DNA of 64,000 nt from positions 146,335-210,334 of the forward strand of contig JAJIZT010000002.1 of the NCBI GenBank assembly GCA_029948415.1, given 5' to 3'. The DNA comes from Cenarchaeum symbiont of Oopsacas minuta (GTDB lineage Archaea > Thermoproteota > Nitrososphaeria > Nitrososphaerales > Nitrosopumilaceae). Below, one piece after another: positions 11,101-20,088 of the stretch (the stretch's first letter is position 1; each line of letters begins with the position of its first letter). The notes beneath the pieces are model-generated. The model saw nothing but the letters and a program-made list of their open reading frames with translations, was not told the origin of the DNA and searched no databases. Position numbers and translations under genes: made by a program.

Positions 11101-11417
11101 GGTGTATATCCAAAAGAGAAGGTGTCATAGTATCTCTTTCTTCAAATAGAAGTAAAGAGATGATGGTGCGAGGTCTAGTAAAGGATCTTGCGCGTCGTAT
11201 ACAAAGCCTCAGAAAAGAGAGAGGTTTTAGTCCAACTGATGTACTAGATCTAGTCTCAATAACAGGTCTTGATGATGAGCAAGTACACGCCATCTCTACA
11301 AAAAAGAAAGAGCTTGGGTTTCTAGTTCGTGTAAGACAGATCGATTTTAATGATATAGACGCACAGTACAAAGATGAGGATATCGACGGTCAAAAAATAC
11401 GGCTTGCTATACAATAA
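8187..11417 (+). CDS. ileS: isoleucine--tRNA ligase (archaeal type)
   Basis: GPP..NGTPHAGH, GWDTQGLPVE, WTTMP, EGIDQTRGW, KMSKS; start may be 8214. Confidence 0.96.
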   Translation: MAYTLALVVMTLDKFDLEEIEMQARKRLDGSELRTRLKTSRAGGPKMRFVEGPPTMNGTPHAGHMRGRVIKDLWFRYSTLCGADVKFVAGWDTQGLPVELQAEKELKITGGKKGIESFGIESLVKECKRLVQDYNKKWTSVDKQIGISFDYDSAYWTMYDEYIEREWKVLQRANERGILELDYTVIAYCPGCQTSLSHAEVNQRYEEVSDPSMYYKVRFKDNDAYAIVWTTMPFTMVTDAMIGFNPKGVYKFVKVGNETWIVGEEMLEDVMRAAKIDEYNEIKTEKGSFFEGIKYEHPLLDAIPELGKFVTEKGYHIAVAEEFVDTASGSGIVHLSPANGEEDIHIAEKRGIPVFCPIDEEVKFTKDAGEYAGLFVRDADKIIVEDLRSRGALVALHKKRHKYPLCWRSSHRIVWLARRGWFYKLEKLEELAVDAAKNVEYFYDQPKNRFLAIVGEKHPWCISRERYWGCPIPAWNCTDCGNTDWFYSREQIIQAASHLPDGKNFELHRPWIDRVRIKCSKCGSVNTNREPYVLDTWHNSGAAPFASANDLEYKESIPVPFLTEGIDQTRGWAYTLLIENVILSGKAQAPFASFLFQGHVLDEKGGKMSKSLGNVIDAAEMIKENSADLLRLYFTLKSSPIEPLSFSAKEMHTRSYQILSTLYHMHLYFEQNSTYDGYDPLKHTVSWAKENNLLQSPDVWILSKLQGLSKQISEHYSTCRFHEAARKIDEFVIGMLSQVYVPITRQEIWDESDSNKDRRLAIYATLGEILYSLNIMLHPICPFITDYLYGQVFGKKDNILLQLWPKVRDELVDKKTEDAFDILRLAISVGGAARMNGNLKRRWPLDDAIVYLPKGQKEQIEGHLELLRSLLNVEKVSVLEYIGDAGLEQLVGLQKVRAPILATAELNHKKIGPRAREFMPEMIDVFNSTDKQAMAEEISKNSRYVFLLGDNSHEVVITSDDVEFGFESKDDWCISKREGVIVSLSSNRSKEMMVRGLVKDLARRIQSLRKERGFSPTDVLDLVSITGLDDEQVHAISTKKKELGFLVRVRQIDFNDIDAQYKDEDIDGQKIRLAIQ

Positions 11418-11466
11418 ATTCCAAGATGGATATATTTACAGATCTGCTAGTCTATAAATACAAAGA

Positions 11467-11814
11467 TTGTGTACATATGATACGATGACAAAGCAGGCAA
11501 ATCTAGATTCGTGTCAAACAGAACACATGGCAGATCTTTTAAGACAGGGTTCAGAGCTAGTCAATCGTACAAATGTACCCATGATATTATACAGAATAAC
11601 TACCGATGAGTCAAACGAATCGTATGAAGAGACTATATGCACACTCACTCGCGAGTATGTCATAGAGCAGTCGGTAACTTATGGTGGCCCTGTACCCATG
11701 AGTATAGGAGAGCAGATGGTCTTTCCCATATCAGATTATCCAGCAGTTTTGATAGCAAAGAGTATAGATCTATTTGAGCGTGTATTAGAGCAGATAAAAA
11801 GAGAGCTCGTATAA
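11467..11814 (+). CDS. hypothetical protein
   Basis: Sole long ORF between ileS and sucC; start uncertain. Confidence 0.65.
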   Translation: MCTYDTMTKQANLDSCQTEHMADLLRQGSELVNRTNVPMILYRITTDESNESYEETICTLTREYVIEQSVTYGGPVPMSIGEQMVFPISDYPAVLIAKSIDLFERVLEQIKRELV

Positions 11815-11895
11815 TATCCAAATATTACATTTGATATACGGAAAAATGCTAGTATACTAGTCGATATTTATAAGAGCGTTTATGGTTTACATTTT

Positions 11896-13002
11896 GTGAG
11901 ACTGTTAGAATTTCAGGCAAAGGAGATTTTTTCCCAATATGGAATAAACCTGTTAAAAGGCACAGTATCTATGGACATAACCAAAGCCAAAAAGTATGCA
12001 GATGAGATTGGATACCCGTTGGTGATAAAATCACAGGTTCCAGTCGGTGGCAGAGGCAAGGCAGGTGGCATACAGGTATGCAAGAATAGTGACGAGTTGT
12101 CTATAAAATATCCCCAAGTGATGGAGCTAGAGATCAAAGGTGAAAAAGCACGCACAATACTGATTGAAAAGATGGCAGAGATAAAAAATGAAATGTATTT
12201 GTCATTGTTTTTGAATAGAAGTAAGAGATGTTATACTGTCATAGCATCAGCTGAAGGCGGAGTAGAGATCGAATCTGTAAGAAATCAAATAATAAAAAAA
12301 GTTGGTCTTGGCACAGTAGATACTACAACTGCCAAAGAGATAGCATCAGAGATGGGACTAGAAAGGGATGTTGCAGAAAATTTTGTAGATATTTTGATAA
12401 AACTTTCAAAACTTACAGTAGAAAAAGAGGTAGAGCTTGCAGAGATAAACCCGCTTGCAGTTCTTGCAGATGGCAGAATGGTGGCTCTCGATGGTAAAAT
12501 GGTTACAGATGACAATTCAAACTTTAGACATAAAGAGATGCAAAAATATCAAGAGAGATCAGAGCTTGAAGAGCGCGCAGAGAAGAGTGGTTTTGCACTA
12601 GTTGAGCTTGATGGCGATATTGCAGTTATTGGTAACGGTGCAGGACTAGTAATGTCGACACTTGATATGCTATCTGATAACGGTGGCAAGCCAGCATGCT
12701 TTTTAGATGTTGGTGGCGGGGCCACTACGGAATCTGTTTTTGAAGCTCTCACTCTTATCGGAAAAATTGGTAGAGTCAAAGGCATCTTGGTAAATCTGTA
12801 TGGAGGAATAGTAAAGACCACCACAGTTGCAGCTGCCTTTATTCAAGCATATGAAAAATCAGTAATTGATGTTCCCGTCTTTGCAAGACTACGTGGTGCT
12901 GAATCTGAAAAAGCAAAAGAGATGCTAGCTGGCACAAGTACAAAATTGCATGATACAGTAGAAGAGGCCATAAATGCGGCAGTGATGGGCACTCAAAGAT
13001 GA
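11896..13002 (+). CDS. sucC: succinyl-CoA synthetase beta subunit
   Basis: GGRGKAGG, EINPL, GNGAGL, FLDVGGGA. Confidence 0.96.
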   Translation: MRLLEFQAKEIFSQYGINLLKGTVSMDITKAKKYADEIGYPLVIKSQVPVGGRGKAGGIQVCKNSDELSIKYPQVMELEIKGEKARTILIEKMAEIKNEMYLSLFLNRSKRCYTVIASAEGGVEIESVRNQIIKKVGLGTVDTTTAKEIASEMGLERDVAENFVDILIKLSKLTVEKEVELAEINPLAVLADGRMVALDGKMVTDDNSNFRHKEMQKYQERSELEERAEKSGFALVELDGDIAVIGNGAGLVMSTLDMLSDNGGKPACFLDVGGGATTESVFEALTLIGKIGRVKGILVNLYGGIVKTTTVAAAFIQAYEKSVIDVPVFARLRGAESEKAKEMLAGTSTKLHDTVEEAINAAVMGTQR

Positions 13003-13919
13003 TCAACATTATGGAAGAGCTGTGCGGAAGAGCTAGCGATGTAGATTATAAAAAGAAAAAGGTCATAGTGCAGGGTATAACTGGCAAATATGGTGCACAT
13101 CATGCTCACCTTATGATCGAGTATGGGACAAATATCATAGCTGGTGTTACTCCAGGTAAAGGTGGTTCAAAATTTAAAGATACTATTCCAATATATGACA
13201 ACATGGAGGAGGCAGTAAAGGCTACAGGTGCTCGCATCTCGATCGTCTTTGTTCCAGCAAAGTTTTTTCTCGGTGCAGTCACAGATGCGTTGAATGCAGG
13301 AATAAAATTACTAATAGCAATACCAGAGCATGTTCCAATACGCGATACATTACAGATGCTAGAGTTGGCAAAAGAGAAGAATGCCACGGTGATAGGCCCA
13401 AATACTCCAGGTCTTATCGTGCCAGATATCATCAAAGTTGGCATAATGCCTGCAAGCCCGTTTAGTTTAGGAGATATTGTAGTAATATCAAAGAGTGGTA
13501 CACTTTTGTATGAGATCTCAAATGCGCTCACGCAATCTGGCTTTGGTCAATACATAACAATAGGTGTGGGTGGAGATCCAGTAAACGGTACAAGACTAGT
13601 CGATGCATTTGAAGCTACAAAAGATCTGCCAAAATTGCGAGGCATTGTAATTGTAGGAGAGATTGGTGGAGATGCTGAAGAGATTCTCGCACAAAGGATA
13701 ATCGATACAAAATTTTCAAAGCCCGTAGTAGCATATATTGCTGGCAGGGCAGCGCCAAAGGAGAAACGGATGGGACATGCAGGTGCCATCGTGTATGGTA
13801 ACTATGGTTCTGCAGAATCAAAGGTAGATATGTTTGGTAAAGCCAATGTTCCTGTAGCAAAACGCCCCGAAGAGATCCCAGTATTACTAGCTACAAAGAT
13901 CGGAGATAGAGTCGATTAG
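12999..13919 (+). CDS. sucD: succinyl-CoA synthetase alpha subunit
   Basis: QGITG, GVTPGKGG, IGPNTPG, SKSGTL, MGHAGA. Confidence 0.96.
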   Translation: MINIMEELCGRASDVDYKKKKVIVQGITGKYGAHHAHLMIEYGTNIIAGVTPGKGGSKFKDTIPIYDNMEEAVKATGARISIVFVPAKFFLGAVTDALNAGIKLLIAIPEHVPIRDTLQMLELAKEKNATVIGPNTPGLIVPDIIKVGIMPASPFSLGDIVVISKSGTLLYEISNALTQSGFGQYITIGVGGDPVNGTRLVDAFEATKDLPKLRGIVIVGEIGGDAEEILAQRIIDTKFSKPVVAYIAGRAAPKEKRMGHAGAIVYGNYGSAESKVDMFGKANVPVAKRPEEIPVLLATKIGDRVD

Positions 13920-13949
13920 ATTAAAAGTGAGTGTCTTGGAGATTAAAAT

Positions 13950-14117
13950 ATGACTATTACAGATCCAGCAAAGAAACAGCTGGCACAAAAAGCGAGACTG
14001 CATATGAAGATCTGTTTTTCATGTGGTGCTCGCAATTCCCTAATGGCCACTAGATGCAGAAAATGTCATAGTGTATATCTGCGTCTAAAAAATCGTGCAC
14101 TAGGCGTTAAGAAATAA
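13950..14117 (+). CDS. rpl40e: 50S ribosomal protein L40e (below ORF-track cutoff)
   Basis: Hand translation MTITDPAKKQLAQKARLHMKICFSCGARNSLMATRCRKCHSVYLRLKNRALGVKK. Confidence 0.93.
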   Translation: MTITDPAKKQLAQKARLHMKICFSCGARNSLMATRCRKCHSVYLRLKNRALGVKK

Positions 14118-14197
14118 AACTCTAGTTGTTTAGATTTAATTTTTGTTGCAATAAACTAACGGTTAGAGATAAAAAGCTAGTACGTAAATCAATATAC

Positions 14198-14290
14198 GGA
14201 CCGGTCGTCTAGTTGGTTAGGATGACGCACTCACACTGCGTAAGAACAATAGTTCCGCAAAGGTCGTGGGTTCAAATCCCATCCGGTCCA
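14198..14290 (+). tRNA. tRNA-Val(CAC) with a 19-nt non-canonical intron (about 14243-14261)
   Basis: Acceptor GGACCGG/CCGGTCC; anticodon arm ACGCA-CTCACAC-TGCGT; T arm GTGGG-TTCAAAT-CCCAT; removing 19 nt restores variable loop AGGTC. Confidence 0.9.
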
Positions 14291-14304
14291 TTACCACTGT
14301 GGAT

Positions 14305-14430
14305 TCAAATCCCACTCTTGCTGCGTTTTTGTATGACGGCCATACCGTTTGGCATGGTACCTACAAACGTCCATCCTTTCTCGATCATGCGCTCTGCATC
14401 GTTTGAGATCATCACGCGCTGACTTGGCAC
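14305..14430 (-). CDS. 41-aa ORF overlapping the integrase 1 stop codon
   Basis: GTG-PSQRVMISNDAERMIEKGWTFVGTMPNGMAVIQKRSKSGI*; equal-length homologue at 24929-25054. Confidence 0.6.
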   Translation of the reverse strand: MPSQRVMISNDAERMIEKGWTFVGTMPNGMAVIQKRSKSGI

Positions 14431-14628
14431 ATTTTACCGATGCCCAATTTCTGGAACATCTCTAGTACCGTGTCAAGCTGTTCTGGCGTGGCCTGTGAAA
14501 TTGCACTTTGCATTTGCTCTTTTTGTTTTATAATTGGATCATCTTTTGTCTGTTCTAGATCCAACAGTGGCTCTGATCGTTTGTACGAATCGCGCATCTC
14601 TTGTATCAGCGACTCTGGAAGTATTCCT
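14412..14628 (-). pseudogene. C-terminal fragment of integrase 1
   Basis: Reads GILPESLIQEMRDSYKRSE...; joins the N-terminal part via the 8-bp duplication AGGAATAC. Confidence 0.85.
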
Positions 14629-16128
14629 GTAACTGTCTAGAGTTTTGAAGTACCATCCACAAGATATTGCATCATATAGTCATGAAAGTTTAGATTTCGT
14701 TGTCTACATGTCTCCTTTACACTCATCAATATCTTGTGTGATGTAGCGCCATCATCTGTTCGATGACCGTTTGTAATCTTTCGTATTACCACGTTTGGTC
14801 TAATCGCTCTCTCGGCAGTATTGTTATGTGAATCAGTTCCAGTCTTCAAGAACGTGAAAAGCATGTCTTGTTCACGTTTTAGACGTTTGACAAATCTGAT
14901 ACAATTCTTTTCTGTATATTTTTTGGATAAAAGAGACGATAAACGACGCTCGAGTTTTTTTATAACATCTGATTTATCACGAATGTCTACAGCATCATGT
15001 GAGTCATTTAGGATCTTTTTCAAACATTTTCCAAAAGCAATAAACTCTTTTTTGGGATTTTTATACTGTAGAGTCTCATGAATTTCTCTCATATAATGAA
15101 CATGACATCTTTGATGACTGTTTCCAACATAATTCCACGCAGACCATGAATCACTTGTCAGTGTATCCTTTTAACACTCTCATTGGAGCTATTCTACCAC
15201 GTGATTTGTCAATCTCATATATGGTCGTCCATTTTCCAACAAATACCCACAACCAATGATTCTTCCCGTTGATGCGCCAGCTAGTCTCATCCCCATGTAT
15301 ATTCAACTCGGTTTTTAGATCTCTTATCATCTGTTCATATAATGGGCCAAATGCTGTAGCAGTTTTTTTTACTGCGTGATTTATGGTAGATTCATTCATG
15401 TGTATGCCGTATATCATTTCTAATAGTTGGGATATTTTTTGATATGATAATCCAAGTGTTTTGAGTACAATTAAAAATGCTGCTAGTCGTATTCCAAATC
15501 TTTCATTTGGTAATGCAGTATGGATTTTTGGTGTGATTGTTTTTTTGCAACATTTACAATATCTTCTAGATATCGTATATTCAGTATTGCATACCTGTGC
15601 TGGAATAATATCTTCTACTATACGTGTGTATTTGTGCACAATTTTGGATAGTTTGTTTCCGCAGACATGACATGATTTTTGATCCACTTCGGTTTTGTTA
15701 TCAATGTGAACTGGTCGTTTTCTGCTGGTTCTTGCATGTTTGAAGTTTTATAACTGAATCTGGTTTGTTGGGTTTTGCACGAATATTCTTTGCTACAAGA
15801 GCATTTATCGTGATTTTTAATTCTTCATTCTCATTTTTTGTCTGTTGTGTAGTTTCTTGATATTCTAGTATCGCTTTTCCTTGTTGCTGTATCTTTTCTC
15901 CTTGTTGCTGTATCTTTTCTCCTTGTTGCTGTATTGTTTCTCCTTGTTGTTTGTTTTCCTTGCGTAATAATGCAAGTTCTTTCTCTAGATTCTCAGATCT
16001 AGGACAAATGTGGTCTATTTTTTCATTATTCATGAACGATTTTTTGTATTATACACCTGATCCAAAAATGTAATGATGAAAAATATTGGATCAAATGGTC
16101 AGATTACTTCAAAACTCTAGATAGTTAC
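14629..16128 (-). mobile_element. IS66-family element (single-gene ISBst12-like), copy A; transposase in three frames
   Basis: 24-bp TIR GTAACT(A/G)TCTAGAGTTTTGAAGTA; zinc finger CHVCG..CKCC, HGDETSW, NNTAERAIRP. Confidence 0.92.
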
Positions 16129-16180
16129 GAAAAATGCTAGAATTGTTTATAAAGATAGCACATGGATATGCATAAGGTCT
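16129..16180 (+). repeat. 52-bp IS110 right end plus IS5 TIR remnant, copy 1
   Basis: Identical to 19306-19357 and 24619-24670. Confidence 0.9.
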
Positions 16181-16261
16181 ATTATGCACCTGATCCAAAA
16201 ATGTAATGATGAAAAATATTGGATCAGATGATCAGATTACTTCGAAACTCTAGATAGTTAC
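16181..16261 (-). mobile_element. isolated IS66 left-end fragment
   Basis: Near-identical to 16048-16128; cut off by the IS5-type TIR. Confidence 0.85.
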
Positions 16262-16380
16262 AATTATTCCTTTTACTCATAATTATGATCATAACAATAT
16301 CTTCATCTACATCGTTAATAAATTGTTTCAATCTCTCTGTCATTTTTATCACGCAACATTATCGAATATCGCCATACTGA

Positions 16381-16662
16381 TCATGCATTATCTATCCTCA
16401 ACATTGTTATTAATTTGATTTTTCTCTTCTTCAAATATCGATCTTTTTTCTGTTTTATCATATGTGATGTATGCTCATCAAGATCTTTGAAATATCTCTT
16501 CAGATGTTTTTCAAAACTCTCATCGATGATTTTTATTGCTTTCTCAAGATTTTCTTGGTTTAAATTATCTGGCTCATCCTTCCGACCCAGAAAAAACTGT
16601 TTTTTGCCTGCAAGCGAGTACAAATACTCTGTCCCGTGATTTTTCTTTACAAACAAACCCAT
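16381..16662 (-). CDS. small basic protein divergent from the integrase, possibly DNA-binding
   Basis: 93 aa; VKKNHGTEYLY..KQFFLGR beta-hairpin-like N-terminus. Confidence 0.65.
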   Translation of the reverse strand: MGLFVKKNHGTEYLYSLAGKKQFFLGRKDEPDNLNQENLEKAIKIIDESFEKHLKRYFKDLDEHTSHMIKQKKDRYLKKRKIKLITMLRIDNA

Positions 16663-16672
16663 CTTTATCCCG

Positions 16673-16727
16673 TGTCATGTTGCATGACAAACCTTTAAAT
16701 AAAGATATGTGTCATGTAATATGACAC
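16673..16727. promoter_or_regulatory. two TGTCAT-N5-ATGACA palindromes flanking a TTTAAATA box
   Basis: TGTCATG-TTG-CATGACA (16673-16689) and GTGTCAT-GTAAT-ATGACAC (16709-16727) between divergent starts at 16662 and 16731. Confidence 0.7.
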
Positions 16728-16730
16728 GCA

Positions 16731-17826
16731 ATGAACACCAAAAAACAAACCGAATCCGTAGCGATCAGGTTCAATAGTAAAATACAACCAGCACATAATA
16801 GAATCAATGAAGTCGCCGAGAGGCTGACCGATATGGGAAACATAACGCCAGCTAAAACAAGCAGCACTGCCAAACAATCCAGAGTAACAAAACTACTTGC
16901 AAATCCAGACGTAAGGCGGTGGTTTGACAACCTCTCACGAGGTAGCAAACTAACCGCAGAGATACGCGTAAGGCGCCTAGATATGTTCTGTGAGCAACAC
17001 CAAATGACCCCTACACAACTGTACGAGCTTGCACTAAAGGATCTGAGAACTGCAACGGACCTACTAGAGGATCACGTGACCATGATGGAGTCAAAACAAT
17101 ACTCTCCAGGGTACATTGAAGATTATGTAAAGGCTGTAAAATCATGGCTCAGACACTTTGACATCGAGATCAGACGCAAGATACGCATAACTGATTCGCG
17201 CCAGACTCCCACACTGCAGAACGAGCGCGTGCCAAATGCACAGGAGATGGCCGAAATCTACAGCAGAGCCGGTCTCAGAGAATCTGCAATGATCTCCCTG
17301 ATGGCAAAATCCGGTCTAAGACCTGAAGTACTGGGAAACCACGATGGCACAGACGGCTTAAGGATGCGCGATTTGCCTGACATTGTAATACACCAGGGTA
17401 AGGCAAAATGCATCAGGGTACCAAACAGAATAACAGTAAGACGGGAGATATCCAAGACAAGAAAACCCTACTTTACATTCTCCAGCACACCTGCCACCAC
17501 GTACATCCTAGCATACCTGAATGATCGACTATCACAAGGCGAACCCTTGCACGGGGATTCGCCTGTAATAGCGCCAGATTACAAGTACAAGACAAACCGC
17601 GGAGAAAACCAGACAAAGCCATTTCTGCCTACAAGGCAGATTAGCAAAAGAATCCGAGATACATTCAGGCCGAGATTTGCATGGAGGCCATACGTTTTGC
17701 GCGCATACTTTGACACACAACTGCTTATCGCAGAGTCAAAGGGAAAAATCGCACACGACATACGAGCCTTTTTCATGGGCCACAGCGGAAACATCGAGGC
17801 AAGATACACGACAAACAAAGGAATAC
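16731..17826 (+). pseudogene. tyrosine recombinase/integrase 1, N-terminal and catalytic part, interrupted by IS66
   Basis: SGLRPEV, RPYVLRAYF, FFMGHSGNIEARY; reading frame runs into the IS66 TIR at 17827. Confidence 0.92.
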
Positions 17827-19305
17827 GTAACTATCTAGAGTTTTGAAGTAATCTGACCATTTGATCCAATATTTTTCATCATTACATTTTTGGATCAGGT
17901 GTATAATACAAAAAATCGTTCATGAATAATGAAAAAATAGACCACATTTGTCCTAGATCTGAGAATCTAGAGAAAGAACTTGCATTATTACGCAAGGAAA
18001 ACAAACAACAAGGAGAAACAATACAGCAACAAGGAGAAAAGATACAGCAACAAGGAAAAGCGATACTAGAATATCAAGAAACTACACAACAGACAAAAAA
18101 TGAGAATGAAGAATTAAAAATCACGATAAATGCTCTTGTAGCAAAGAATATTCGTGCAAAACCCAACAAACCAGATTCAGTTATAAAACTTCAAACATGC
18201 AAGAACCAGCAGAAAACGACCAGTTCACATTGATAACAAAACCGAGGTGGATCAAAAATCATGTCATGTCTGTGGAAACAAACTATCCAAAATTGTGCAC
18301 AAATACACACGTATAGTAGAAGATATTATTCCAGCACAGGTATGCAATACTGAATATACGATATCTAGAAGATATTGTAAATGTTGCAAAAAAACAATAA
18401 CACCAAAAATCCATACTGCATTACCAAATGAAAGATTTGGAATCAGACTAGCAGCACTTTTAATTGTACTCAAAACACTTGGATTATCATATCAAAAAAT
18501 ATCCCAACTATTAGAAATGATATACGGCATACACATGAATGAATCTACCATAAATCACGCAGTAAAAAAAACTGCTACAGCATTTGGCCCATTATATGAA
18601 CAGATGATAAGAGATCTAAAAACCGAGTTGAATATACATGGGGATGAGACTAGCTGGCGCATCAACGGGAAGAATCATTGGTTGTGGGCATTTGTTGGAA
18701 AATGGACTACCATATATGAGATTGACAAATCACGTGGTAGAATAGCTCCAATGAGAGTGTTAAAAGGATACACTGACAAGTGATTCATGGTCTGCGTGGA
18801 ATTATGTTGGAAACAGTCATCAAAGATGCCATGTTCATTATATGAGAGAAATTCATGAGACTCTACAGTATAAAAATCCCAAAAAAGAGTTTATTGCTTT
18901 TGGAAAATGTTTGAAAAAGATCCTAAATGACTCACATGATGCTGTAAATATTCATGATAAATCAGATGTTATACACAAACTCGAGCGTCGTTTATCGTCT
19001 CTTTTATCCAAAAAATATACAGAAAAGAATTGTATCAGATTTGTCAAACGTCTAAAGCGTGAACAAGACATGCTTTTCACGTTCTTGAAGACTGGAACTG
19101 ATTCACATAACAATACTGCCGAGAGAGCGATTAGACCAAACGTGGTAATACGAAAGATTACAAACGGTCATCGAACAGATGATGGCGCTACATCACACAA
19201 GATATTGATGAGTGTAAAGGAGACATGTAGACAACGAAATCTAAACTTTCATGACTATATGATGCAATATCTTGTGGATGGTACTTCAAAACTCTAGACA
19301 GTTAC
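17827..19305 (+). mobile_element. IS66-family element, copy B
   Basis: Same TIRs; ORFs 17922-18233, 18247-18783, 18842-19297; 21 bp shorter than copy A. Confidence 0.92.
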
Positions 19306-19357
19306 GAAAAATGCTAGAATTGTTTATAAAGATAGCACATGGATATGCATAAGGTCT
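19306..19357 (+). repeat. 52-bp IS110 right end plus IS5 TIR remnant, copy 2
   Basis: Identical to 16129-16180 and 24619-24670. Confidence 0.9.
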
Positions 19358-19368
19358 ATTCTAGATTG

Positions 19369-20088
19369 TTATTTTTTATCGATGATAAATTTATTTAATG
19401 CTTTACGCCATTTATTAAAATCATACCACCCACACCCATGACATCCATTTTCATCCTTAAGATTTTCACCTTCCCAATTTTCATCTCCGTTATAATAGAA
19501 TTTTATTCCAAATGGAGACCCTCGTTTGTTTTCCTCAAAACATTTTTCACATGCTCTACTTTTGAGGTGATTGTGGCTTGCAGTACCGTTAGATTTTTTT
19601 AATAACTGAAATCTCTTTTTGATATCCTCAATACTCATATCTGTTTTCATATCTGCATCTCCATATCCATCAGTCCAGCGCAATCTTGGGAATCTATGAT
19701 CTATTGTTAATTCATTTGCAGATCGTTTTATCTGTTCCACAACATCTTTGTAATTGTACAACTCCAATACTTTTTGTTGTACAGGATTGGACAAACTACC
19801 TCCTGTTACTTTTGGTTTAGCATTACCTGACCATTTATCATGCATTGTACGTTTCTTGCAGTTTGCGCATAAATTATTTTTAGAGTCAATTTCCAGCCCA
19901 TCTCTATTTGTACTACCTCTCTGTAATCCCTGTATGCCACCACTTCCAGCAATTTGTGTAGATCCGACGTGATCATACTCACACGTTCTACAATGCCATT
20001 CTCTATCTTCTAAAACTTCAAAAACCATTAATGTTTTTGCATTATCCCTAAATGTTTTTTTGTAAGCATTTACGTCCAAAATATTCAC
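19369..20088 (-). CDS. HNH-family Zn-binding endonuclease, probable type II restriction enzyme
   Basis: TIDHRFP...HNHLKSRACEKC and four CxxC pairs; GTG at 20088 overlaps the MTase stop (GTGA). Confidence 0.8.
   Translation of the reverse strand: MNILDVNAYKKTFRDNAKTLMVFEVLEDREWHCRTCEYDHVGSTQIAGSGGIQGLQRGSTNRDGLEIDSKNNLCANCKKRTMHDKWSGNAKPKVTGGSLSNPVQQKVLELYNYKDVVEQIKRSANELTIDHRFPRLRWTDGYGDADMKTDMSIEDIKKRFQLLKKSNGTASHNHLKSRACEKCFEENKRGSPFGIKFYYNGDENWEGENLKDENGCHGCGWYDFNKWRKALNKFIIDKK

Noticed and set aside
14213..14422. 69-aa ORF across the tRNA
   Set aside because: Spurious translation of the tRNA and att region.
15877..15955. Short tandem repeats as a possible CRISPR array
   Set aside because: Coding 21-bp units without spacers; no cas genes or repeat-spacer array anywhere in the window.
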